DNA from: Raillietiella orientalis
Lineage: Eukaryota
Direction: 5' to 3'
DNA: 64,000 nt
Assembly: GCA_036172245.1 (NCBI GenBank)
Contig: JAYWIR010000014.1
Span: 1,550,001 to 1,614,000 of the forward strand
Shown: positions 1-12,647 of the stretch, piece by piece
How the letters are laid out: each line of letters begins with the position of its first letter
Position numbering within the stretch: the first letter of the stretch is position 1
Made by a program: the position numbers and the translations under genes
Notes under the pieces: generated by a model
The model's database searches: none
Told to the model about the DNA's origin: nothing
The model's input: the letters and a program-made list of their open reading frames with translations, nothing else

Positions 1-3000
1 ACCATCACCCCCGTGCTCACCCAACAGGTCCCACGCCATTCCCTTTTTCCCACTCCCATCCCGACCCCCCTTCCCCCGAATCGGAAGAAAATCGGGACGC
101 AGGATGGGGAAGGGGCTGGTGACTTTCCAATCGCCGCGACGAAGCAAGCTGGACAGCCCGGCGGCCAGCATCCCGGAGCGGCAGAAACATCCAAACGCTG
201 GCAGGTCGCCAAGGAAAGGGAGGAGCTTCAGCGCTCTCCCAGTTCCTCGTGGACGTCCAGGACGAACTGGACGGTGGTAACCGAGGCCCGCCTCCCGAAA
301 GGGAGAGAATCTTGGAAAACCAGACGCGACAGCGGCACTGACAATGATAAGGGAAGTCAGTGATCCTGTTCACGCGATCTGATGGATATGGGGTGTGGGT
401 GCAGGGAAAGTCACTCTGAAGGGGTGAGGGGAAAGAGAGAATGGAAGTCTTGTGAATGCCTCCGTTCTTCAGAAGCTTCATCAACTCTCCTTTCGCAACT
501 CTCCTTTCCTCCTTTCTCTCCTTTCTCCATACCCTCCTCATTCTGTTCCCTCCCATCTGGCATCCACAGCTGGCCATATCTACACCCCTATTCTGGAGGC
601 TTGACTCCTCTAGGTGGACTGCTCGCGGCCACACCACGCTGAAATCACCTACTCTCGCTCGCTCGGCCAAGTTAAGCAGCAGCATCGAGTCCGTTCGAGA
701 TCCGGGCAAGCGGCCTCCGTATGTTGCGGGATGGATGGGGAGGAGAGGGAGGGAGGACTCATAAAAAGGAATGAAACGGGTTCTTCCGGCATCCCTCGCT
801 TTCTGCAGAAGATCAAGAAAGCAGCGCAGTGCAGGTAGCAGGAAAACGGAACAGAACTCTGGATGGAGCATCCTCCACCTCAGGTGTCGTTTTTCTGGAC
901 GTGCTTTCTGGAGCCAGGATGCCGGGAAGGTCAATCCTGGATGAGGGCAGGAACTTCGGGAAGGTTGCAAGGGAATGGCAGCCAGAAACAAATTTCCTTT
1001 CTCTGGATGTGTTCGCCCGACTGAAACGAAATTCGGGGGCGCTGCCAGTCGGGAGCTGGAGGGACCCCGCGCGCGCAGACGCCGCGGTCAGAGGCTCGAG
1101 CATCCTCGTCTGTATATCCCAACCTCTTCGCTCCTGGTTCCCTTTCCGACCTAGAGATGGCTGCTGTCTTCCGGTATGTTCTGTTTCCATGCGCCATCCC
1201 TTCCCGAAGCTGTCCCACTCTTCCCTCCTACCGCATGGAGTCTACCCTCTTGCACTTCGTTCTTCCTCGTGAGCTGGTGTGCCGTCCCCTTCCCCGCAGG
1301 GGTGAGCCTGAGGAAGGGCTCGGGCCGCCATCCCCCTCATCCGACGCGACAGGACCCCACCATCCCCACCCACCTGATTGCCGGCAGAGCTACCAGAAGG
1401 TGGGATCCCACCATCCTGCCTGTTTCGCCCCTTCCTACCCTCCCAACCCGCGGCTTAAGCGGCCTCCTCCCCGCACTACTGCAGGGAGGCCTCGCGAGTA
1501 TCTGCACGTAGGAGACCCTTCCATGCCTCAAGACGCCACTGGCATCCGCTCCGGCTCCTCCCTGATTAGAACTTCCCGCAGGAAAAGAGGGACCAGAACA
1601 GGGATGTTTCTCCAGTCGCTCAGGTCATCCACGCGCTCCGCAGAGGATGCTTACATCTCCCGGTGACCGCGTTTCCACGCTCCGCAACTTCGACTCATCC
1701 CCACGGCCCTCTCGTGAGTTTGCCAGTCTGGCGTTCCTCACTCTGGATTTCTGATGCCGCACCCAGAGCAGCCCCCCCTCCCCCCCCCCAGAGATCCCAA
1801 GGCCGAAATCCCAGGGTGCGCCTGGGTGGCTTCGAAGCTGGTGAGATGCACCGCTCTTCCTGGAGAAGCAGCTGGGAGAATCGGGATCCGAGCTGGCAGG
1901 CTCGGAATCGAAGGTTGCGTGAGCGTGCCGGGAGACCCTGCTCCCTCGTCTCCGTCAGGGAGCGCAGCTTCCCGCTCCTTCAGCTGCACGGCGGCGCGGA
2001 CAGAACCAGAAACGTCTCATCTCGCTCTGGGGATCGTCCAGGAGAACCCTCGAGGAGGATTCACGGCCTCCGCGACTCGCTCAAAGAAGAAGAGAACCGC
2101 CTGCCCCTCTCATGAGTTCCAGCAGGACCGAAACAGGAGCCGTAGCTTGCCGCCACCTTCCGTCCTTTCCCAGCTCCAACCCCCCTCTCCTGAGGCTACC
2201 GGTGGTGGCAACGCTGTCCTCCAGGATCCGCATCCTTCTTTCTCTTCTTCCACCAGTGCCTCCTCGGCTGCTGCGTCTCCAATCCGCCATCACGCAGCTG
2301 GCCTCTGCTGCCGCGCAGGTGCGCGCGCGCGCGCGAGGCGTTCCGTTGCAGATGGAAAATCAGGACGGTTCACATGGAAACGGATCCTGTTCCTACTTCT
2401 CACGAACGCTCATTTCACATCGCGGAAGCGATGGACCAATGAGAGCTCAACGATGCGCAGGAGCCCCGAGGATTTCTTTTCAGGCTGCTGGGAGGGAGGA
2501 AGGGAGGAATTGGTCTTCGTCAGAGCCGGGTGTGGCTCGCTCGTCCAGGCGCCCCCCCACATACACACATAGCGAGGCCCCTCGCCGCCCGCGCTTGCGC
2601 CTCCCGTCGCATTTCTGCCGAAGAGCATCTGGGGACGGAAACTGCCGTCTGTGGATGTGTCGACCCTGCCCCCATGCGGGGACTCGTGAAAGAAAACCAG
2701 CGTTCCCCGGGTGACCCGCCGGCGATCCCCACTCGCTTCTTCTCCCTCGAGGCGCTCTTTTCGGCGCGCCTCCAGCGACCGCCACGCGGCGGCATACCCC
2801 TGCCTCCCGGCTCGGCTCTCTTCTCCCCCCGAGGGCGTTTTTGCGCCTCGCCGAGCAGCCGATCGCGCAGACGCGTGTCCGGCCGGTTCTTCCCCCGCGT
2901 GCCGGGTGCGCACGGCCCGCTCGTTCGAACTCTCCTGGGCGTTCGCCGAGAGGGCGTCTCGGGTCTTACAGCGCACGCGTCCCCGCGGAAGGGCGCGCGT

Positions 3001-3416
3001 GCGCTCGCGCGCGCGGATGCGCGAGCACCTGCGCCCGAGGCAGGAAGCGTCTCCTCGCACGAGAATCCACGTCGCTTCCCTCCGTCCCCAGCCCTTCGCG
3101 TCCTCCGGTGAGGCCGTCAGCGCTGGCGGTCGCGCCCTGGCCTCAGGTCCGAGCCGTTCCGCTAGAAAAGTTTCGCCGCGGCTCCCGACTCGCACGGCTC
3201 CCGGAAGGAAGCTCTCGGGCGGGCAGGACGGCCTTCGGAAAGCCATCCCACCCGTCCAGCTCCACAGGGAGGAGGTCCCCGGGAAGCAGCACGGATCTTA
3301 GCGCAAGAGGTTCGAATCCTCCAACCCCTTTTTACTGCTGTTCCCTTCGGCCTTCCCCACGAACTTTCCATATCTCGGCCACTTATTGTCCCCCACCTAC
3401 TGTTGCTCGGGACCTC

Positions 3417-3452
3417 TTCCACGTGACTTTCCACGTGCCTTTCCACGTGACT
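3417..3452. repeat. 12-bp tandem repeat x3 (TTCCACGTG[A/C]CT), each unit with a CACGTG E-box
   Basis: Read directly. Associated 13-bp direct repeat CGGGACCTCTTCC at 3408-3420 and 3469-3481. Confidence 0.9.
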
Positions 3453-6400
3453 ACCGGCTGGGCTCTTACGGGACCTCTTCCCTTTCCGCAAAGAAGGCTC
3501 CATGGCTACTCCTTTCGTCTCCCCCTGGAACCTGAGGTTGTTTCATCATCCCAGGTTTTCCCTTTCTCCCTCCCTGACTCCTTCCGCTAGGGGATCCCTA
3601 CCTTCTCCCCCCCCCCCGGCGGTCCTGTCGCACGGAGGTCAGGATGCCCTGTCGCGGCAGAGAGAAGCGAAGCCCTTCGTCTCGGGCCGCCCTACCTACC
3701 GCGGCATTTGCGAGGTCCAGCGGGATTTCCGGGAACGGTCGGACCATTCAAGGCCTTGATCGGAGTTCTGCCCTCCCCGTCAGCCCATCTGGTCACGTTG
3801 ACCCTGAAGCCATCCTGCAGTTGCTGTCTGGTGGTCCCTGCTGTCTCCCTCTTTTTTTTTCCCTTTAACCTTTTCCTCCTTTGACCTGGTTGGGGCTGGA
3901 AGAAGCGGACCCCATCTCTGTCCACTGCCCAAGAGCCCTACTCACAAGGAGACCTCATCGTCAAGATCCAAGAAAAAAGATGGAGGCATCACAGACACTG
4001 TTTGGACCAGTTGGCTGGCCCGAGGGAGATTGTGCGCGCGGGGGGGGGGGGCAGACGCTTCAGAGCTGCCGCCTCCGTTGCACTGCTTCTATCCTGCAAG
4101 GAGCTGAATTTGCGTTATCGACAAGCTCTTTCGCCCCAAGCAAAGTCTGGACCATCTGCCCTCCATAGATGCTCCGCCGCTCCTAAAGACGAAGGGACCA
4201 GAGTCTCCGTTTGCAAGAGCCTCCGAGCCACAGTGTGGGTAGGTGTCCTCGGTCGAAGCTCGGCTTCCCCTGCGCACCCCTAGCGACGAAAACCCGACCT
4301 GGAAAGCGAAAAAGGGTGACGCGCTGCAGCGTGTTCAACGCACCCAGACTCCCGGGGTGCTCCAGCGGGGGGTCCCCATGAGTGCTTCGTGCTTCGATAC
4401 ACGTTTCCCTTTCCGTGAGAACGGAGGAGAGGGAAGAGCCGAACGGCCTCCTCGACGCTCCTTGGCATTCCTGGAGCACCCCGATCCTGGCGACGACTCG
4501 GCAGTTTCCTGGGAACGCAGCCTCCCCATTTTCATGCGAGCGGCGCGCGCAGCAGTTTGCCTGCCCCTCCCCCCCGTCCCCCCGGCTGTGAGGATCCCAT
4601 CCCGAAGCAGGGAGTGAGAGACTTCCCGAAACTCGTCTACGAATCCGGGACTTTTTCTCTCTCTTCGCCCTCCGGGTGAAAAAGCTGTCCTCCCCCTCCT
4701 CCTCCTCCCCCTCCCCGGATACATCTGACTGGCAGGAAAGCACCCCAAGAGGGATAGGCGGGCGGTCGATCCATCATCTCAGAGTCGCTTCCTTTCCCGC
4801 GTGTGAAACCGTCGTTTGTCCTTTCCTGGCAGTTTTTAGGGGGTGGTCCCTCCCGTCAGCCACGAGGGGAGTTGTTTGCCTTTCGTCTCCCCCGTCTCCT
4901 CTTGAGGTGAAGCACCCACCTACACACGCACGCACGCGCGCATGAGAGCACGAGCTGTCACGTGGCTGGGCAGTAGGTTTCCTGGCTCTCGTTCCTTGTG
5001 GCAACGCAGCTTCTCCGTTGGCTCGCCTCCGACACAGCCCGGAACCCTCTCGCTGTTTCGTTCCCCGAGGGCTTTTTGCGCTTCGCCGGAAGATCCCTCG
5101 CCTTTGTTCCAGGCCACCGTGGGGGAGCGCACATGCGTCTCCATGGAGAGAGGACGCAGCGATATGCGCTGCTGCTGCACCACGGAGGAAGCCGAGGGGG
5201 TCCTCGACCCTCGAACGCCTGCCTTCGAGGAGACTCCCTCAGTCTCTATTGCCCGTCGGCGGCTTCCCAGTTCTTCGTCTGTGGCAGATCAAGCATCCGC
5301 CTCTGTAGGGAGATCGGCAAGGGACGAGGAGGGTTTGCCTCGAAGACACCACGACTTGTCCTTGCGAAATTCTTCCCACGAGGGGCGGCCGTACGCCGCG
5401 ATGCCCTCGGGGAAACGTCCCGTGGGAAGGCGTCCTTCCTCTTCGAGAACCTTGGGATTGGGGGGTTAGGGGGTCTCGGCTGTTGAATTCTCGCTCGTTG
5501 CAGCCTGCTCCGCGGGCGCAGGGGAAAGTCCCAGGCATTTCTTACACCCTCAACCGCGTTCTCCCCTGCGGAACGCTCCCAAGGTCACTCACGCTTCGCG
5601 CCGCGCTCTTTTCGCAATCGGGGGGTCGGCTGATGAAAGAGACCGACCGGGAGGCCTTTTCCAGAACGGTAGAGGGGCTGACCAAGAACAGACGGGCAGG
5701 CAAGAGAAAGCAACCTCGCATCGAAAACAAAAACGGGAGCAGCAAAACAGGATCGAGTTTCTGGGGGATGGGGATGGGCCTTTCGCAGGTTTGCCCCTCG
5801 CAAGAAGCGACTGCTCCTCCCTTTAGCTGATGCCTTTCGCTGCGCACCAGCGTCCTTCCTTCCTTTCCTCTTCCTCCCCCTTGCGTCCGTCCTGGGTTTG
5901 CTGCAACGAGATGACTGACCCACGCACTCTCCCGGTTCCCCGAACGTAGTGGCGCAATCATTTGACTAATTGTAACCTGATAGTCTGTCCGGAACTTCCA
6001 AGGTCAGACCTCGGGAGATGCTGAGCGCCGCGCCTCGCGCGTGCGAGCGGCTGCACCCTCGACTCTTGCAGCGGCAGGAAGACTTTCAGCAGCAGTCGAG
6101 AGGGAAAGAAAAGGAAAAAGGAGAAAACTTTCCTGCCTGAGCGTTTCGCCGCGAGAGCTCGCTGTCGGCGAAGGCACCAACGGGGGAAGCTTCCTTCCTC
6201 TTCCTCCCCCCTCCTCCTCCGTGGTGGCGGAATGCATCCCTCCTCCAGAGCCGCCACGATGGGGACTGACCGCAGCGAACACACTCTTCCTCTCCGCCCA
6301 CCTCTGCCTACTTCTGAGCCGTCCCCCAGGAACGGGTTTTCCCAGAATCGCTTGCCGCGCGGTCGAGGCCTCAGCTTTGCCCCCGTTTCCCGACCTCCGA

Positions 6401-9400
6401 AAGATTCCTTGTACCTGCCCTCGAAAGTTTGTTTTTCTTAGACACAACTGTTCCCTCCTCTTGCACGTGCGCGTGCGCGCTTCGCTTTATTTATGGTCCC
6501 CCCTCTGCTGCTCCCGGCTCCGAGAATTTTTCCCCGGAACGTTCATTGGTCACACGCGGAGAAGCGAGAGAGCCGCGCAGCAGGGCGGAACGCAGGGATC
6601 GGATTGCATCCGAATGGAAGGACCGAGGGATCGACCTGGAGCAGGAGCTAGCAGCTTTGCTCTGTGGTTCATCCAGTGGCACGTCGCGTGACCGCTCTGT
6701 CCTGTCGCGAGCGCTCCCGACGTCTCGACAAGCTACCCCTTTCCACCCCCAATCCCCTGCCCCTTCCTGCCCCCGTCTTGACTCGCTGCCTAGCAACTCT
6801 CCAGCGTCGCAGTCGCTTTGTCCACGTTCCGCGCTCCCGCGTCCCGGAGCGCCCCCGGGCATCTGCCTCAGGACCGGGATCACGAAAACGGGAGGGTGCG
6901 GGTTCCCTCGCCCGGAGAAGGGATGGCTGCTCTTCCTGTTCCTGGCTGGAAGATCACGTGTTCCCGGAGTGCTGAAAGGCCAGCACTCGGAGTCGTCCCG
7001 TTCTTTCACTCCAACTTCCTTCCATTCCTGGATACCCAGAAGTCATCCTGATTTCTTTCGTCACCCTGCCGATTTAGCCTCCGGGAATTCTTCTTTTTCC
7101 ACGGAGAGACAGCGCTCTTCCGGACCTGCAAGAGGATGGGTTGGTCCTCCTCGCGCCTCTTCCCTTCTTCAGCCAGACTTCCTTGCCGGGGAAAAGCTGT
7201 GGGAGGCGCATAGCTCCAGGAAGTCCTGCCGTTCCGTCCCCTATATCGTGCTAAACTGGACCGTACGGTGGCCCCGTCTTCTTGGTTTCCGAAGCTTCCA
7301 TCCCTCTTCTGCACTGCACCTGGCATCGCGGTCATCCCTCTCGAGACAGGGGGAGGCACAAAGACCACAAAGCAACCTCAGGCGCCTCGAGGAAGGGAGC
7401 ACTCCGAAGTGCCTCTGGTCGCAATCCCAGTCCTCTCAACTTTGCTCGCGGTGTGGGAATCCGTAGAAACTCCATCTCTCTCCGATGTCCTGGCGACAAA
7501 ACGGGACGTCTCTTCCTCCCGGATCATCACGCGGGCATCCAAACAGAATGCACTGTGAATCCATTGCGCTTCGGATGACTTCAAAATGGAGCCAAATTTC
7601 AGAGCGAAAGCTCCACTTGAAAGAAGACGAGTGCTCTGTCCGGATCCCGTTTTGCCTCGTTCGTCCGGTCGGGATCTTCCTTTCCTGGTTCAGAGACCTT
7701 GGAGCCCACTCGATCGTCACCTTCCTTCGCATCCCAAGCAGCGCTGATCCGCATTCCCCTCGCTCGCCCGGTAGAGCTGCCGAGACGCCTCCGGCGGCTT
7801 CCGCGCGGTACCATGGAAACACCGGGCGGGTCCCCCCCTGCATCTTCCGACATGCACGCTGTGCATCCGCCTCCGCTCGCATATCTCCAGCGGCTCAGGT
7901 TCCCAGGCTCGACATCCCGGGACCTTGATGGATGAGGGAGCTACTGGCTGGTATGCGCCCCCTTCCGGAGGCTCCATCCATCTGCATTCATCGACCTTCG
8001 GTCCTCCGTCGCGGGCGAAGATGATACTCCGAGAGCCTTCGAAAGGCGGCGTCGGTCCCATCCCACGGCTGCTCGCGCCCGCAAGGGTTGCGCGAAGAGA
8101 GGCTGCGCGCCAGACCCGCGCGCGCGCGCGAGACAACCCGACTGCCCTGCCGGATCCCCGTCGGGAAGACCAGCCGCCGTACATCTACAGCCCGGTCGAA
8201 CCCGCCGCGTTGGGCGGAAACCCTTCGTTGCTGCGGGGACTCCCGTGCTCCCAGACAGGCGAGGCCGGAACTCCCAAGCATCGGGGATCCCCGGCTTCAC
8301 CTGGAGAACCGTCTGAAAGGGGACGACAACGAGCCCGGTTTCGCTGTTGCCGGGGGCGTCTGGAGCGGAAGGCAGCGACTTCCACTGCCCCTTCTGGGGA
8401 TGGAGACAGCCTGTCCACCCGGGGCACCCGAAGCGACCTCGTGGGCGCGCGCGCTAGCGTCTCCTCGGCCGTTCGATCAAACATCTGAAATTCGAAGCCT
8501 GCCGCTAGGCGCAGCCGGGCTCACGGGCGCGGGAAGTCGTCCGGTTGCAGGGAGTGGCGCGCGCGCACGCTCGCTCGCGCCCACGTGCGAAGCGCGCCCG
8601 ACAGCGGCGCGCGCAGCGTCCTCGGAAGCAAGCCGTCTCTTTCCTTCGCTCGATCCGGGATAGCTCTCGTCGATAGCTCTCGTCGGTTTCCCGGAGCGCC
8701 CGATAGACCCGAAGCTCTCTCACGAACGCGCATGCGTATCCCGCGGTTGTATACCCTGCGGGCTCGGACGAAACTCACACACGCAAAAAAGAAAAAAAAA
8801 TCGCCATCCTATTCCCCCTCTCCTCGCCCGCAGTCCTCCGCTTGCAAAGAGTGGCGAGTAATCTCCTTCTCCAGGAAGCCAACGGGACGGGAACGTCCAT
8901 GAAAACGTGGCACGTGAAGAGGCACCTGGAGACAGGATCTGGTTCGAACCCACGATCTCATCAGCGGCTTCGAACGCAGCGGGAAATTCGCCTCCAAGGT
9001 CACTGGCATGGGGAGGGTAGTCAGGTGTTCGCGGCGGGAAAATCTGCCATGAAAAAGCGCGGAGATGCTCCCGACGCGGCCCTGGAACGGCGAGATTCCA
9101 GGAAGCACGCGTCATTGAGCCACGCGCGCGGAGACGCGGGGAACGCCCAGGGAACGAAATCCCGCCGCCGTCCGCAAAGGCAGGGCGAGATGGAAACGCC
9201 CCGGAGGCCTCTGTTCCTGGAGCTCGAGGGATGGCGCTCATCCAGGGGTACTCAGGAGGGTCCTCCACCTCCCTCCTTCCTCTCCTCAACTTCTCTCTTT
9301 CCAGTGCTGCATCCTCCACTCTCTCCCACCTCCCCACCAAGCGGGAGGAGCAAATGCAAACGAGCGCTCCTCGGGTGCACCCCCGTATGGGTGCTACTAC

Positions 9401-12400
9401 AGCCGCCTACGCGTCGCTATCTCGAAGATCGCCTATGCGTCGTAGGACTCCAAACAGAGGTGAAAAGTGGAGACAGCGAAGCGAGCGAGCCTGCCTCCAG
9501 ATTCCCGGATCTCCTTTGTTCCCGGGTCGGGAGTTTTTGGAATCGCGAGATGCGAGGAACGGGATAGGCCGGCCAGATTTTTGAGTAACTTCGTGGGTGA
9601 GAGGGGTTCTTTGGCGGTTCGGATGAGAAAACAGTCTGCCTGCTGGTGGCAATGCGCCCTCGAGGAATGGAGAAGCTCCGCCCAGGCGACAGGTGCCAAG
9701 AGGGCAATAGGCCTCCTTCGGCCGCCATTCCCGAACCTGCTGGAGGGTTCAGAAGATGGACGGCTGCGAGATCAGCCTCCTCTTCTCTTCAAGGTTTCCG
9801 TGGTCTCCTAGACCTCCTGTTCTTCGGGAGGGAACGTCTCCGCACCTTTAGAACGGAGATGATGATGATGACGTGCTGGTTGGAATCATCGAAGGCGCTC
9901 TCGCCTCCTCGGTCAGCTGGAGGTGCTGATCCCAGCAAGGAACCTCCAGACCAATCGGACGACCTGGGGAGGCGGAGGAGCGAGAACCCCTCCATCCCCC
10001 ACTGAGCCTGAACCCGTGTGTGTGGGGGCTCACTCGAGGAAAAACGGAAGCGCGCAAAACCCGAGGTGGTTCGCAGCCTCCTGTCTCATCCGACGCTTTC
10101 TTCGCCGAAGAGGACCACTTGGCGAACGTATGACTGCAGCTTCCGCGACATGGTACCAAGCGTTGCGAGCTCGAATCCGACCCAGGGAAGGATCGAGGCT
10201 GAGAAATGGGTGTGTCGTGGATTTCGAGCCCCCCCCGTCTCCCTTCCCGAAACCTGGCGCGGCACTGGTGGAAGCCGGAAACCGGATGTTCCTGTTGACT
10301 GGCCGGAATTGGATGTCGACTCTCTGGGGTCTCTGCAGGAATCAAGGAACGGTTTACTTCATAGTTCCCCTCCGCTTGTGAAAATGGAGTCGTCTCCCCC
10401 CTCGGGGGGGGGGGCCTCTATCGAGGGTTTGCTTCTCCAGAGCGCAAGAACCGCGCTGCACCTTTCAGGTAGCACCCTTCAGGGAGAAATCGGGAAGTCT
10501 CCCTTCGGGGTTCTCTTTAGAGGAGGAAACGAGGAGAGGGTCCTTTGCGGAGGGTCCCTCCAGAAAAAAAAACATCCAAGAGCGGGTCCTTCCCAGGTTC
10601 CCTTCGGAGTAGAAATTAGTGGACCCCTCTGGGGTCCTTCCGGAGAGAATAAGGAAGAAGGGGTTCCCTTTGGGGCCCGCTACCAAGCGTAAGAAGAACG
10701 GACTCCATCCTCGGAGCCTTTCCGGATTCATGAGGTGGCCCCCTCCCGGGATACCCCCTAACTTGAAGAGTCAGCACGCACCCTGGAAAGGCGTGGACAG
10801 TGCTAAAGAGCTCTCATGAGCCCCCAGACGAATGGTTCTTCAGCACTTGGCGGACCAAAAAGAGAAAACCCGAAAAAGAAAAAAAGCTGGAAGGAAAGCA
10901 GCGAGGCAGAAGTCGAAGAGGCTTGGGGTGAGCTTGAAGACTTTGTAAGACGAGGCAGAAGACGAAGACATTGAAGGCTGTCCAGCCAGGTCGATTTTCC
11001 CGCTTTGTATGCCGTGGAGAACTTCCTGCTGCAACGAGGAATACCCGTGGAAGACAAAGAGTTCTTCCCGCCGGGATGCGTCCTCGGGAGGCAAGAGACC
11101 TGCTCGTAGCTTCCTCTTTCTTGGTCTTTTTCCTTGAATCGGATCCCTGATACGTGCCTCACGTGACGCACGTTTCCATAGACGTCTTTCGCTGGTCCCG
11201 CGCCAGCCTCGGACTGGCACCCTGCTCCTCTTTCCTTTCGCTTCGACCACCCGTTTGTCGCGCACCTCACAGAAGACCGATTTTCGTGCGGTCGCTTGGC
11301 GACTGCAAGAGCATCGAGGGGAGCTCTCGTTCTTTCTTCCTCTTCCTTTCCGAAGATGTGTATTTTTTTTGCAGCTTCTTCCCCCTGTCCTGTGGATGGG
11401 ACCAGAGGAAACGACTTTGTATCCCTGGGCTCTCCGTTCCCGGCTGCAGGAGGGACGAGAGGCGGGTGATCCTTTGGGGAAGGGTCGGAAATTTGACAGC
11501 AGTGTGCGTAGAGGTCAGGTCCCGAGAGGCTCCTGCATGTCGAACCAGAGCCCCTTATGACCATCCTCCGGCATTCTCCGAAGGGTTATGTCCCTCAAAG
11601 TCTCTGGGAATTCTTCCTCCGCTGAGAGACAGGACCGGCCGCGGAAGGGTTACCATGCCGTTGCTTCGGAAGATCCCGAAAGACATTCGTGGATTTCCTG
11701 CTTCAGTCGGGTTCAGTGGAGACCGACCCCATGCGGATGCCGGACGACCGAGGAGGAGGAGGAGAGGAGCACTAGTGTCGCCTCTGACAATCTGAAACGA
11801 ACATGATCTGGAGTCAGGAAGCTGCTTTGGAATGGCGACATCTGGAGTCTTCGAACGTTGCCTGCGCGGCTACTAGGCTGGCAACTGCGGCACCGTCTCC
11901 ATCACTGTCCGGCAGTTGCCAGTCCATCGCGCTGCGCCGGAAGGGGGGAAGAGGATACACAATCTGACCAGGACCCTTTCACTCTCCTGCGAGTGTGCAC
12001 CGACTCCAATTCTCCTTCAGGAGGACCGCTATCCCTCCGGCTTCCTCCAAGGAAAAGGAAGGAAATTTCCGAAAGAGATCCTTTTCACACGCTGGATTTC
12101 CATCAGAGGGCTTTGGACGGAGCTGCTCGTGTCTCTCCGGAGTGGCTGGAGGCTTGGCATATCAGCGGCCCGCACCACTTGGCTTCCGGTTTCCGACGAG
12201 CGGCATTGCCCTCTACAGGAGCACCCTCGATACTTCGTAGCGGCATTTTTTGAACTTGACCCCGAGGCATGAACGGCTCCTACGCACGCCACGCTTCAAA
12301 ACGGAGGATCGGGAGAGGTGTGACCCCCTCCGCCCCCGCGCTGAAGGGTCGACTGCTCCGCTTGGCTGCGCGTTGAAAGCCCGTTTTTACCACTTGGCAA

Positions 12401-12589
12401 GAGACCTCTCCTCCTCCTCCTCCACCACCACTAGCACCACCTCTTCCTTCTTCCTCCTGCTCATTGCCGTCACCTGTTTCCATGGTTCCCCCAGAAAGTT
12501 CTGTTCCTGGCTTTGCCACGAAACAAAAAAAGCAAGAGGGTTCTGCATGTACCAAAGCATACATTTGTTTTCTTTTCTTCCCCTTCCAG

Positions 12590-12647
12590 TGGTCCGGCTT
12601 ATGTTTCTGGGCAACGAGCGTCGCTACACAATGCTAGACTTGAGAGC
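12590..12647 (+). CDS. C4orf33: UPF0462-like gene, domain 1 exon B (VVRLMFLGNERRYTMLDLRA)
   Basis: Long pyrimidine tract ending ccttccAG, donor GTAAGT. Length 58 bp and phase 1/2 are identical to domain-2 exon B. Resembles VVEAFFLNDITEQYLEVELCP. Confidence 0.72.

Noticed and set aside
3301..3333. B-box/T-arm GAGGTTCGAATCCTC followed by a T5 run; similar GGTTCGAACCC at 8941-8951
   Set aside because: No acceptor-stem partner, D-arm or A-box upstream. Not a tRNA; at most a SINE/tRNA relic.
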